A stretch of DNA of 32,000 nt from Nitrosopumilus sp. GTDB lineage: Archaea > Thermoproteota > Nitrososphaeria > Nitrososphaerales > Nitrosopumilaceae. A program made the translations under genes and the position numbers. Within the stretch, counting starts at the first letter, position 1; every line of letters starts with the position of its first letter. This document shows positions 24,913-32,000 of the stretch, piece after piece. The notes under the pieces are model-generated. The model was not told where the DNA came from. It worked only from the letters and a program-made list of their open reading frames with translations, and ran no database searches. The stretch is from positions 1,292,347-1,324,346 of the forward strand of contig NZ_OZ253671.1 of NCBI RefSeq assembly GCF_965263415.1. Direction: 5' to 3'.

Positions 24913-25668
24913 ATGTCATCTGTGAAAAACGTAATCAAAGACAACTACAACATGATGCTACTCAAAGATTATCTTAGAGCTGCAATCAAAGAAGCAGGGT
25001 TTTCACATGCAGAAATCTCAAAGACACCAACAGGAACTAGAGTTGCATTACATGTTACAAGACCAGGAATAGTTATTGGAAGAAAAGGTTCAGGAATCAG
25101 AGACCTTACTGACAAACTAGCAACAGATTTTGGATTAAAGAACCCACAAATTTCAGTAGTAGAAATCGAGAAACCAGAACTATCACCAAGTGTAATGTGT
25201 AACAGAATGGCTTCACATCTTGAAAGAGGAACTGCATTTAGAAGAGCAACTATGTGGACCTTAAAACAAATCATGGAAAATGGTGCCATGGGTGTACAAA
25301 TTACAATTTCAGGTAAACTAAGGGGTGATCGTTCCGCATTTGAGAAACACACAGCAGGAATTTTACCAAGAGCAGGTCATCATGCAGAAGTAATTGTTGC
25401 AGAAGACATTGCACATGTAGGAACTGCAATGGGATTAATTGGAATTAGAATTAGAATTGCAAGAAAAGAAAAATTTGTTCCAGAGTTTGAAATGAAAGTA
25501 GAGAAGCCAAAGAAAGCAAAACAAGTCAAAGACGCAGAAACAGGTAAGATGAGAGATGAAACTGCAGCAGAAAAGAAAGCAAGAACTGAATCTGAACAAA
25601 TTGCAATAGAAGAAGAAAAAATGAAAGAACTTGAAACATTAGAAGAAGAGGAGGCCAAACTCAAATGA
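24913..25668 (+). CDS. rps3: 30S ribosomal protein uS3 with Lys/Glu-rich C-terminal tail
   Basis: KH domain ([15 protein letters not shown]) and uS3 C-domain, plus a ~55-aa charged tail. Confidence 0.95.
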   Translation: MSSVKNVIKDNYNMMLLKDYLRAAIKEAGFSHAEISKTPTGTRVALHVTRPGIVIGRKGSGIRDLTDKLATDFGLKNPQISVVEIEKPELSPSVMCNRMASHLERGTAFRRATMWTLKQIMENGAMGVQITISGKLRGDRSAFEKHTAGILPRAGHHAEVIVAEDIAHVGTAMGLIGIRIRIARKEKFVPEFEMKVEKPKKAKQVKDAETGKMRDETAAEKKARTESEQIAIEEEKMKELETLEEEEAKLK

Positions 25669-25868
25669 CCAGAATCAGTATGAAGACAATTAAACAATTA
25701 AACGAAAAGGATCTAAAAAGCAAGATTCAAGAATCACGAAGTGAGCTTTCAAAACTTAGAGTAGATGCAGCTAAAGGTACACTAAGAAAAGAAAGTGGAA
25801 AACTCAGACCATTGAGACATGATATTGCAAGAATGCTAACTAGACTAAACGAGATGAAAGAGAAATGA
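25665..25868 (+). CDS. rpl29: 50S ribosomal protein uL29
   Basis: 67 aa. [22 protein letters not shown] pattern; ATGA overlap. Confidence 0.9.
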   Translation: MTRISMKTIKQLNEKDLKSKIQESRSELSKLRVDAAKGTLRKESGKLRPLRHDIARMLTRLNEMKEK

Positions 25869-26131
25869 TCACAGTAGATAACATAACATCACATGAATTT
25901 ATCGGATTGAACACCGAAATTGTACAATCAACTAATCCACAAGTAATAGGATTAAATGGAAGAATCGAAAATGAAACAAAATCAATGTTTACAATTAACA
26001 CAGAAAATGGTAAAAGATCAATTGCAAAATCAACAAGTAATTGGAAATTTTCAATTGACAGTAATGATGTTGTTGTCGAAGGTTCCAAAATTGCAAAAAG
26101 ACCATTTGATAGAATTGGAGGAAAGGCATGA
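25865..26131 (+). CDS. rnp1: RNase P protein component 1 (Rpp29/Pop4)
   Basis: 88 aa. HEFIGLNTEIVQSTNPQVIGLNGRIENETKSMF...RPFDRI, in the conserved operon position between uL29 and uS17. Confidence 0.85.
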   Translation: MITVDNITSHEFIGLNTEIVQSTNPQVIGLNGRIENETKSMFTINTENGKRSIAKSTSNWKFSIDSNDVVVEGSKIAKRPFDRIGGKA

Positions 26132-26451
26132 CTAGAAATATTGGATTAAAAGTCAAAGAGCCAAAAAGAGAGTGTACAGACAAACATTGTCCATTCCATG
26201 GAGAATTAGCAATTAGAGGAAAACTCTTTGATGGCAAAGTTACAGGAAGTAAAGCCAGACAAACAATTACTTTACAAAAAGATGCACCAGTTTACTTTAA
26301 CAAATTCAAAAGATATGCAAGAGGAAAAAGCAGTATTCATGCTCATGTGCCTGGATGTATCGATGTTGAATCAGGAGACAGTGTATTGACTGCAGAATGC
26401 AGACCAATATCAAAATCAGTCTCATATGTTGTTGTGGAGGTTAGATCATAA
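26128..26451 (+). CDS. rps17: 30S ribosomal protein uS17
   Basis: 107 aa. C.D.HCPFHG..IRG..F.G.V pattern of archaeal S17. Confidence 0.9.
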   Translation: MTRNIGLKVKEPKRECTDKHCPFHGELAIRGKLFDGKVTGSKARQTITLQKDAPVYFNKFKRYARGKSSIHAHVPGCIDVESGDSVLTAECRPISKSVSYVVVEVRS

Positions 26452-26873
26452 TGGCAAAACAAGCAGGTAAAGGGGTAGAAGAATTCCGTCCATATGTAAC
26501 TAAAGTAATTCCGGTTGGTGCAAACATTGTTTGTGCAGATAATTCGGGTGCAAAAATTTTAGAAGTAATTAATGTTCCAAGACATAAAACAAGAGCATCA
26601 AGACTTCCATCAGCATCAGTTGGAGACTTTTGTAATGTTGTTGTAAAGAAAGGACCAGCTGAATTAAGAAAACAAGTGTATGGCGCAGTTATAATTAGAC
26701 AAAAGTATGCAGTTAGAAGATTAAACGGTGTAAGAGTTTGTTTTGAAGACAACGCAGCAGTGTTGATTACTCCAGAGGGAGAAACAAAAGGAACAGACAT
26801 CAAAGGACCAGTTGCAGCAGAAGCTTCAGAGAAATGGCCAAGAGTAGCTAACTTGGCATCAATGGTGGTATAA
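26451..26873 (+). CDS. rpl14: 50S ribosomal protein uL14
   Basis: 140 aa. [14 protein letters not shown] and later conserved blocks. Confidence 0.95.
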   Translation: MAKQAGKGVEEFRPYVTKVIPVGANIVCADNSGAKILEVINVPRHKTRASRLPSASVGDFCNVVVKKGPAELRKQVYGAVIIRQKYAVRRLNGVRVCFEDNAAVLITPEGETKGTDIKGPVAAEASEKWPRVANLASMVV

Positions 26874-26877
26874 GAAG

Positions 26878-27366
26878 ATGAAACCAACTAAAATGCGTAA
26901 CAAGATGATTTATCGTGCATCTTACCAAACAAAAAGTAAACAACTTGGAAGTGCACTATCAAAAGACCTTCATAAAAAATACGGAAAGAGAAGTGTCAGA
27001 GTAGTTGAAGGTGACAGTGTAACTATTGTAAGAGGAGAATTCAAAGGAGTTGATGGTAAAGTTTCAGAAGTATCTACAGAAAAAAGCAGTGTTGCAATTG
27101 AAGGGATTAAAAAAGAGAAAACAAAAGGCGATAAATTCGATGTTTTCATTCATACTTCAAATCTATTAGTCACATCACTTAACACAGAAGACAAATGGAG
27201 AATTGCAAAACTAGAAGGTAAAGATCCAAGAAAACAGCCTAAAGTAGCACCAAAAGCAGAAGAAAAACCAGCTAAAGAAGCACCAAAGAAGGAAAAAACT
27301 CCAGAAGAAGAGCCTAAAGAAACAAAAGTGGAGAAAAAATCCGAAAAAAAGGAAGATGAGAATTAA
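26878..27366 (+). CDS. rpl24: 50S ribosomal protein uL24 with Lys/Glu/Pro-rich C-terminal tail
   Basis: KOW motif ([23 protein letters not shown]), plus a ~50-aa KxE/P-rich extension. Confidence 0.9.
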   Translation: MKPTKMRNKMIYRASYQTKSKQLGSALSKDLHKKYGKRSVRVVEGDSVTIVRGEFKGVDGKVSEVSTEKSSVAIEGIKKEKTKGDKFDVFIHTSNLLVTSLNTEDKWRIAKLEGKDPRKQPKVAPKAEEKPAKEAPKKEKTPEEEPKETKVEKKSEKKEDEN

Positions 27367-28082
27367 TGGTAAGTATTTCAGGTAGTAAAAAACTCAAACG
27401 TCAAATGGCACCTCAATTCTGGGGAATTACCAGAAAAGACAAGAGGTTTGTAATCACAACAAGACCAGGACCACACAAGAAACATCATGCCGTTCCAACA
27501 GCAGTATTTCTTAGAGACATGTTAAAGATTGTTACAAGTCTCAGAGAAGCAAAGACTTCAATCTATTCTGGAAAAGTAAAGATTGACGGAGTAGTTAGAA
27601 AATCACTTCATCATGCAATTGGATTAATGGACGTAGTTGAACTAGAAAATGTTTCAGATGTTTATCGCCTTGTTCCAACAGATGGCAAATTACTAAAACC
27701 AATTAAAATTAATGAATCAGAAAAAACAAAAAAGCTTGTAAGAGTTACAAGTAAAACTACAATTAACAAAGGAAAAACACAAATCGGATTTCATGATGGT
27801 CGTTCGAAACTTTCAGATACCAAAGTAAATGTTGGCGATGTATGTTTAATTCAAGTTCCAGATCAAAAAATTCTTGAAGTAATTAAATTAGAAGCAGGTA
27901 ATAACGGACTAGTAACACGTGGAATTAACGCAGGACAAATTGGAAAGATTGAAAGTATTGAAGAAGGTACATTCATTCTTCCAAAAAGAGTTATTCTATC
28001 TTTAGGGGATAGAAAAATCGAAATTCCAGCAGACATCATTATGCCAATCGGAAAAGAGGAACCAGTAATTCAATTAAAGTGA
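27366..28082 (+). CDS. rps4e: 30S ribosomal protein eS4
   Basis: 238 aa. KKLKRQMAPQFWGI.RK...F...P.PGPHK N-terminus typical of S4e. Confidence 0.95.
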   Translation: MVSISGSKKLKRQMAPQFWGITRKDKRFVITTRPGPHKKHHAVPTAVFLRDMLKIVTSLREAKTSIYSGKVKIDGVVRKSLHHAIGLMDVVELENVSDVYRLVPTDGKLLKPIKINESEKTKKLVRVTSKTTINKGKTQIGFHDGRSKLSDTKVNVGDVCLIQVPDQKILEVIKLEAGNNGLVTRGINAGQIGKIESIEEGTFILPKRVILSLGDRKIEIPADIIMPIGKEEPVIQLK

Positions 28083-28086
28083 TAAT

Positions 28087-28608
28087 ATGTCTCAAACAAC
28101 AGAATCTCCAATGAAAAAAATCTCCTTAGAGAAAGTAGTACTCAACATGGGATTGGGCAAATCAGGAGATGTAATTGAGATTGCAAGTAGAGCATTAGAA
28201 CAAATTTCAGGTAAAAAACCATCAGCACGTAATGCAAAAGAAACTCAAAGAGATTGGGGAATACGAAAAGGCGAACCAATAGGTGTGGCAGTAACAATTC
28301 GCGGTGATGACGCAAAAGCACTATTGAAAAGATTGTTTGAAGCAAAAGGAAATACTCTAAACGGTAGATCCTTTGATAATTTTGGAAACTATTCGTTTGG
28401 AATTAACGAACACATAGACATTCCAGGTGTAAAGTATGAACCATCAATTGGAATTTTAGGTCTGGGAATTTCAGTTACACTAACTAGACCAGGTTATGGA
28501 ATTAGAAGACGAAGCAAACACAAAGCAAGTGTTGGTAAATCTCACATTATTACAAATCAAGAAGCAAAGGATTATCTAACAAAAGAATTCGGAGTGACAG
28601 TAGCATAA
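28087..28608 (+). CDS. rpl5: 50S ribosomal protein uL5
   Basis: 173 aa. EKVVLNMGLG and FGI.EHIDIPG blocks. Confidence 0.95.
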   Translation: MSQTTESPMKKISLEKVVLNMGLGKSGDVIEIASRALEQISGKKPSARNAKETQRDWGIRKGEPIGVAVTIRGDDAKALLKRLFEAKGNTLNGRSFDNFGNYSFGINEHIDIPGVKYEPSIGILGLGISVTLTRPGYGIRRRSKHKASVGKSHIITNQEAKDYLTKEFGVTVA

Positions 28609-28787
28609 TGGCAAAAGATAGATCATACGAATTTACTGGAAGAAAAAAACACGACTTTGGCAGAGGTTCAAGATGGTGTAAAAGATGTGGGGATTACACA
28701 GCAGTTATTCAAAAATATGATTTAATGATATGCAGACGATGCTTCAGAGAAGTAGCAACATCTTTAGGATTCAGGAAAAATCGGTGA
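28608..28787 (+). CDS. rps14: 30S ribosomal protein uS14 (zinc-binding type)
   Basis: Own translation, 59 aa: MAKDRSYEFTGRKKHDFGRGSRWCKRCGDYTAVIQKYDLMICRRCFREVATSLGFRKNR, with CxxC...CxxC. TAATG overlap with rpl5. Below the track size cut-off. Confidence 0.9.
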   Translation: MAKDRSYEFTGRKKHDFGRGSRWCKRCGDYTAVIQKYDLMICRRCFREVATSLGFRKNR

Positions 28788-28791
28788 TATC

Positions 28792-29184
28792 ATGCCAGCA
28801 ACGAACATTTTAGCAAATCTATTTGTCACATTATACAATAATGAAACAAGAAGAAAGGGTGAATGTACAATTCTTCCAACTTCAAAATTAGGAATTGAAG
28901 TTCTCAAAACACTTCAAAAAGATGGATACATTGGAGAGTTTGAACACATTGATGATAAAAGAGGTGGAAAATTCAAAATCAAATTATTGGCAAAAATTAC
29001 AAAGTGTGGAGCAATATCACCAAGATTCAAAGTAAAGACAGATGAGTTTAACAACTGGGAACAACAGTATTTGCCAGCATATGATAGAGGAATGCTTCTA
29101 GTTACTACTAACCAAGGAGTAATGTCTCATCATGAAGCAACACAAAAAGGAATTGGAGGATTTTTGATAGGATATGTCTACTAG
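28792..29184 (+). CDS. rps8: 30S ribosomal protein uS8
   Basis: 130 aa. LANLFVTLYNNE.RRK.EC...P.SKL...L..L.K.GYI pattern. GGTGA Shine-Dalgarno upstream. Confidence 0.95.
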   Translation: MPATNILANLFVTLYNNETRRKGECTILPTSKLGIEVLKTLQKDGYIGEFEHIDDKRGGKFKIKLLAKITKCGAISPRFKVKTDEFNNWEQQYLPAYDRGMLLVTTNQGVMSHHEATQKGIGGFLIGYVY

Positions 29185-29731
29185 TCAACTCGAAAAAATG
29201 CAAGACCAGGTGACAATTCCTGAAGGAGTAACAGTTACACAAAACAAAAACATGTTACTGTTTGAAGGCCCATTAGGTAAAACACATAAAAATTTCAGAA
29301 AAATTCCAGTAAAAATTGAAATCGCAGATGGTAAAATAAATCTCAAAACAATTGGTGAGAGAAAAAGAGATTATGCAATCTTACATACTGCAAGATCAAT
29401 TATTAGAAATATTTGTGAAGGTCTTATTGAAGGATATACAATAAAAATGAAAGTAGTCTTTGCACACTTTCCAATTACAGTAAAAGTGGAAGGTAAGAAA
29501 GTTCTAATTGAAAACTATCAAGGTGAAAGAGCACCAAGAAGTACACACATCATGGGAAACACAAAAGTTATTCCAAAAGGAGAAGACGTACTTCTTACTG
29601 GAGAAGTTTGGACAGATATTACACAAACTGCAGCAAATATTGAACTAAAAACTAAAGTAAAGAACAAAGATCACAGAGTTTTCCTAGACGGCATCTACGT
29701 CTATGAAAAGAAAAAAGGCATAGAAAAATAG
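29174..29731 (+). CDS. rpl6: 50S ribosomal protein uL6
   Basis: 185 aa. IPEGVTV......L.F.GPLG pattern and two-domain length. Confidence 0.9.
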   Translation: MSTSQLEKMQDQVTIPEGVTVTQNKNMLLFEGPLGKTHKNFRKIPVKIEIADGKINLKTIGERKRDYAILHTARSIIRNICEGLIEGYTIKMKVVFAHFPITVKVEGKKVLIENYQGERAPRSTHIMGNTKVIPKGEDVLLTGEVWTDITQTAANIELKTKVKNKDHRVFLDGIYVYEKKKGIEK

Positions 29732-29746
29732 ATTCTAGTTTTTCTA

Positions 29747-30034
29747 ATGACCCTAGACCCAGAGTTTGCTAAACAAACAACAGATTTGATCCTACAGACT
29801 TTGGAATTATACAAAAAATCAGGAGCTTCTCCAAGAGTGGGAGAGATTTGGAATTGTGAAAAAATTGGAGATTTCTTGTGTGGTTTTTTTGTTGGGGAAA
29901 TGGTAGGTTCAGCACTTAGTGCATTTCAAGTTGTACATCAAAGAGAACCTACGGCAGATGAACACTTGGAGATAATCGAATTAGTAGAAAGTCATTCAAA
30001 AGAAATCAAAGAATTTTTTGCCAAATTTAACTAA
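29747..30034 (+). CDS. Uncharacterised small protein, paralog of 15566-15844
   Basis: 95 aa. MTLDPEFAK.., IWNCEKIGDFLCG, HQREPTADE. Starts 15 nt after rpl6 on the same strand. Confidence 0.6.
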   Translation: MTLDPEFAKQTTDLILQTLELYKKSGASPRVGEIWNCEKIGDFLCGFFVGEMVGSALSAFQVVHQREPTADEHLEIIELVESHSKEIKEFFAKFN

Positions 30035-30074
30035 ACTACCAACAACTTTGGTCTAAATTGCATAGTCGCAAGGA

Positions 30075-30080
30075 TTAAAT
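30075..30080 (+). promoter_or_regulatory. TATA-like box (TTAAAT) for tRNA-Asn
   Basis: Centred about 29 nt upstream of the mature tRNA 5' end at 30107, close to the usual archaeal TATA-to-start spacing if a short leader is present. Confidence 0.3.
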
Positions 30081-30106
30081 CACTTTTGCCAAGGTACAAA
30101 CATGTT

Positions 30107-30183
30107 GCCGCCCTAGCTCAGCGTGGTAGAGCATCCGACTGTTAATCGGACGGTCGTCAGTTCAAGTCTGATGGGCGGCGCCA
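30107..30183 (+). tRNA. tRNA-Asn (anticodon GTT), genomically encoded CCA
   Basis: Hand-folded cloverleaf: acceptor GCCGCCC/GGGCGGC, D-arm GCTC/GAGC, anticodon arm TCCGA-CTGTTAA-TCGGA (GTT at 30141-30143), T-arm GTCAG-TTCAAGT-CTGAT, discriminator G, then CCA at 30181-30183. Confidence 0.9.
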
Positions 30184-30184
30184 C

Positions 30185-30213
30185 TTATTTCTAAACTCGA
30201 GTTTTGAAATATT
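30185..30213. repeat. Degenerate member of the 30-bp palindrome family, directly 3' of the tRNA
   Basis: TTATTTCTAAACTCGAGTTTTGAAATATT. Differs from the other two copies by a symmetric centre change (CTCGAG vs TTCGAA) and one arm mismatch. Followed by TATTTTATTTT. Confidence 0.7.
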
Positions 30214-30254
30214 TTATTTTGATACTAGTAACATAATTACTGGTGTAGAAAAAT

Positions 30255-30284
30255 AATATTTCTAAATTCGAATTTAGAAATATT
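30255..30284. repeat. 30-bp perfect palindrome AATATTTCTAAATTCGAATTTAGAAATATT (copy 1)
   Basis: Self-complementary over all 30 nt and identical to 30891-30920. Confidence 0.95.
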
Positions 30285-30371
30285 GATCGGTTGACAGCAA
30301 TTGGTTTACACTATTAGACAATATAGATCTAATAGATGATCGCATATTTAGAATAATGCAGGAGGTTTACA

Positions 30372-30620
30372 TTGGTCAGAACTAGAAGGGCCAACAGATA
30401 TTGTGTTGATTGTGGCGCAAGACTGGTGTATTACCCAAGATTATCAAATCCAAAAGCACCAAACGAACACAGAGTGTTAGTTTATGCATGTCCAGATTGT
30501 ACAGATGATTTTGAAAAACCAAAAATGTTCTCAATTAAACGAAATCAAGTAGAAGATCCACTAGAAACTGTAGAAATTGAGATTACACAGTTACAGAAAA
30601 AAGCAGCTACTACAAAATAA
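30372..30620 (+). CDS. Zinc-ribbon hypothetical protein
   Basis: 82 aa with CVDCG...CPDC. TTG start preceded by a strong GGAGGT Shine-Dalgarno at 30361-30366. Confidence 0.55.
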   Translation: MVRTRRANRYCVDCGARLVYYPRLSNPKAPNEHRVLVYACPDCTDDFEKPKMFSIKRNQVEDPLETVEIEITQLQKKAATTK

Positions 30621-30630
30621 TTTTAAGAAA

Positions 30631-30858
30631 ATGACATATCCAGAAAGACCAAGAAGTAATCTTTGGTTTTTGTTACCAATATTTTTTGGAATAATAGGAG
30701 GGATTATTGCGTATTTCATTTTACGGAAGGATGATCCAAAAAAAGCAAAAAATTGTTTATGGGTAGGAATTGCATTGATGGTTGCAGGGTTAGTTTTCAA
30801 TGCAATTATTGCATCACTCATACCCGAGTTTGGTCCTGGTTTTAGAGTAAACGTTTAG
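30631..30858 (+). CDS. Small two-TM membrane protein
   Basis: ATG at 30631 gives MTYPERPRSNLWFLLPIFFGIIGGIIAYFILRKDDPKKAKNCLWVGIALMVAG.... The track's longer 30577 start would overlap the upstream gene by 44 nt. Confidence 0.6.
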   Translation: MTYPERPRSNLWFLLPIFFGIIGGIIAYFILRKDDPKKAKNCLWVGIALMVAGLVFNAIIASLIPEFGPGFRVNV

Positions 30859-30890
30859 AAAAATTCGGTGTTTTACAGGTAAAGATTTGT

Positions 30891-30920
30891 AATATTTCTA
30901 AATTCGAATTTAGAAATATT
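30891..30920. repeat. 30-bp perfect palindrome AATATTTCTAAATTCGAATTTAGAAATATT (copy 2)
   Basis: Identical to 30255-30284. Flanking sequence is unrelated, so the repeat unit is the palindrome itself. Confidence 0.95.
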
Positions 30921-30979
30921 ATAAATTTAGTACTGTAATCATTGGATTTAGAATCATATAGAAGCACTTTCAATGATTT

Positions 30980-31432
30980 GTGATGAGTGCATCAAGAATG
31001 AGAGATAATGTAGAAAGATGGTTAATTCATGAGGGGTTAAAGTTTGAAGATGTTAAAAATCCAGAAAATACGTTTCAAATTCTTGTAAAACATGCAGGTC
31101 CTGCAGGAGTTCCAGTAGAAGTTTTTGAACCAAAAGCGCAACAAGGGATCTTAGTAGTTGGTTCCAAAGTAAATATGAAAAACAATCAGATTGCAAGATA
31201 TCTAGGGTTTAGTGAAGAGGAGAAAGAGAAATTTGAGAAAAAAGTAGCAGATTATTGTTATACGCTACAAGCAATTAATAAAAATACTACAGAAGATGGA
31301 AAACGAAAGATTGGCGTATATGTGGTGTTAGACAAGGAAGAAAATATCAATCAACAAGGATTGTTTGATGCCATGGATAGAGTCTCAGAAATGCATGAAA
31401 AAACTGCCAGATTCCTTTTGAAGACATTCTAA
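30980..31432 (+). CDS. Conserved hypothetical protein (possibly DUF2299/YbjN-like)
   Basis: 150-aa ORF with GTG at 30980 or ATG at 30983. The family assignment is a weak recollection only. Confidence 0.5.
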   Translation: MMSASRMRDNVERWLIHEGLKFEDVKNPENTFQILVKHAGPAGVPVEVFEPKAQQGILVVGSKVNMKNNQIARYLGFSEEEKEKFEKKVADYCYTLQAINKNTTEDGKRKIGVYVVLDKEENINQQGLFDAMDRVSEMHEKTARFLLKTF

Positions 31433-31464
31433 GAAATAGACGATTTATCAATTATACGCGGGCC

Positions 31465-31470
31465 TTATAT
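31465..31470 (+). promoter_or_regulatory. TATA-like box (TTATAT) for the 50-aa ORF
   Basis: Centred about 25 nt upstream of ATG 31493, consistent with a leaderless transcript. Confidence 0.3.
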
Positions 31471-31492
31471 CAAAAATTACCTTATTCTAATC

Positions 31493-31645
31493 ATGAAAAG
31501 AAAAACAACAAAATCAAAACCAAGAGAACTTACAATTTCTACAACAGAATTGTCAAGATTTGGCATGGGGGTTATGAATAAAGCCCTCAAAGTAGTTAAT
31601 ACTGCAAAAAAAGGCAAGATTACAATCAGAGTAGAACAACAATAA
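31493..31645 (+). CDS. Possible 50-aa basic protein
   Basis: Own translation: MKRKTTKSKPRELTISTTELSRFGMGVMNKALKVVNTAKKGKITIRVEQQ. Bracketed by a TATA-like box and a hairpin plus T6. Confidence 0.4.
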   Translation: MKRKTTKSKPRELTISTTELSRFGMGVMNKALKVVNTAKKGKITIRVEQQ

Positions 31646-31667
31646 ACTCAAGTTTTGTAATTTCAGC

Positions 31668-31689
31668 AAGGGGCATATGCCCCTTTTTT
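31668..31689 (+). terminator. GC-rich hairpin plus T6 (intrinsic-terminator-like)
   Basis: AAGGGGCATATGCCCCTT (palindrome GGGGCATATGCCCC) followed by TTTTTT, 23 nt after the stop of the 50-aa ORF. The T-run occurs on the plus strand only. Confidence 0.45.
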
Positions 31690-31756
31690 GTACATTTTCA
31701 AGATGAGTTTTTCCAAGATGTAACATGTTGATGCAATAATCGACAGTATTTTCATC

Positions 31757-31975
31757 CAAAAACCCCCCCTATTTTGACAGAAAATATGACCAATCATAAG
31801 AAATAATCATTCAAGTTTTAGAGTAGGTTATGTAAAGTCTCAAAAGTTCTAAAATGAGTAATTTTTCATAATTATGCCTAGGCGTTAAACCCCCCTCTAT
31901 TTTTACCCTAATTAGGCACAATACCATTTTTTCAAAATTAGGCGTTTTGATGGGGGGTTGAACACTTGTGCCTAG
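31757..31975. repeat. Cluster of C/G-string motifs in non-coding DNA at the window end
   Basis: AAAACCCCCCCTATTTT (C7 at 31763-31769), TAAACCCCCCTCTATTTT (C6 at 31890-31895) and, inverted, GATGGGGGGTTGAAC (G6 at 31952-31957). Also TAGGCGTT at 31879-31886 and 31939-31946, and TAGGCACA (31914-31921) / TGTGCCTA (31967-31974) as an inverted pair. Confidence 0.6.
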
Positions 31976-32000
31976 ATATGAAATGCAACCCTCAAACCAC

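Noticed and set aside
22264-28345. Numerous antisense ORFs within the ribosomal operon (e.g. 22264-22485, 23268-23582, 23966-24238, 24969-25352, 25380-25697, 25840-26088, 25995-26237, 26441-26887, 28142-28345)
   Set aside because: Each lies entirely opposite a confidently identified r-protein gene. They are Ser/Phe/Leu/Ile-rich, as expected from the reverse complement of Lys/Glu/Ala-rich genes, and no family was recognised.
30577-30630. Upstream start (30577) given by the track for the small membrane protein
   Set aside because: It would overlap the preceding zinc-ribbon gene by 44 nt and add a non-conserved-looking basic leader. ATG at 30631 gives a compact protein beginning just before the first TM helix.
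31553-31759. 68-aa minus-strand ORF from the track, whose ATG is preceded by GGGGGGGTTTTTGG (a possible SD-like G-run)
   Set aside because: It reads straight through the GC hairpin plus T6 terminator-like element and overlaps the plus-strand 50-aa ORF, which has its own TATA-like box. The C-terminal two thirds look like antisense translation. Not fully excluded; RNA-seq strand information would settle it.
30107-32000. Integrated mobile element or provirus inserted at tRNA-Asn
   Set aside because: Small unknown ORFs, repeats and a tRNA boundary are suggestive. However, I found no integrase or transposase gene, no downstream direct repeat of the tRNA 3' half (no second GGGCGGC or TTCAAGTCTGATGG), and no obvious compositional shift. 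The window ends before this can be excluded.

Overview
AT-rich archaeal chromosomal segment with no recognisable transposase, integrase, CRISPR array or rRNA. The gene content points to an ammonia-oxidising thaumarchaeon (Nitrosopumilus-like); this is an inference from CdvB/ESCRT-III, archaeal GAPDH, proteasome alpha, an archaeal r-protein operon with eS4 and RNase P Rpp29, and a blue-copper protein.

Layout, left to right:
- Truncated archaeal gap, a secreted protein, a DsbA-like oxidoreductase and HMG-CoA synthase.
- Several small hypotheticals, an SPFH/prohibitin protein and a membrane-anchored wHTH protein.
- A split biotin cluster (bioD, bioA, bioB, bioF) interrupted by a Cys-rich mini-ORF and a secreted matrixin-like metalloprotease.
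- A two-gene split DipZ module (CcdA plus membrane-anchored thioredoxin) and an orphan CdvB paralog.
- Small zinc-ribbon ORFs, then a 768-aa secreted protein, DUF371, psmA and a SPOUT methyltransferase.
- A 17-gene ribosomal/RNase P operon (uL3 to uL6, with no uL2), tRNA-Asn(GTT), and a short accessory-looking tail.

Most unusual items:
1. The 768-aa protein (16219-18525) carries five nucleotide-identical 237-bp tandem repeats. They encode very acidic, His-bearing units and are fused to a C-terminal amicyanin-like cupredoxin.
2. Two identical 22-bp elements, each with a TTCCCAA-N2-TTGGGAA palindrome, bracket a TATA box in the protease/bioF divergent region.
3. A 30-bp perfect-palindrome family occurs three times just 3' of tRNA-Asn.
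4. C/G-string motifs in inverted orientation sit in the non-coding window end.
5. Two diverged paralogs of an unknown ~93-aa protein are present.

Everything was done by eye and manual counting. Coordinates of hand-called features may be off by 1-2 nt, and no database search was run.
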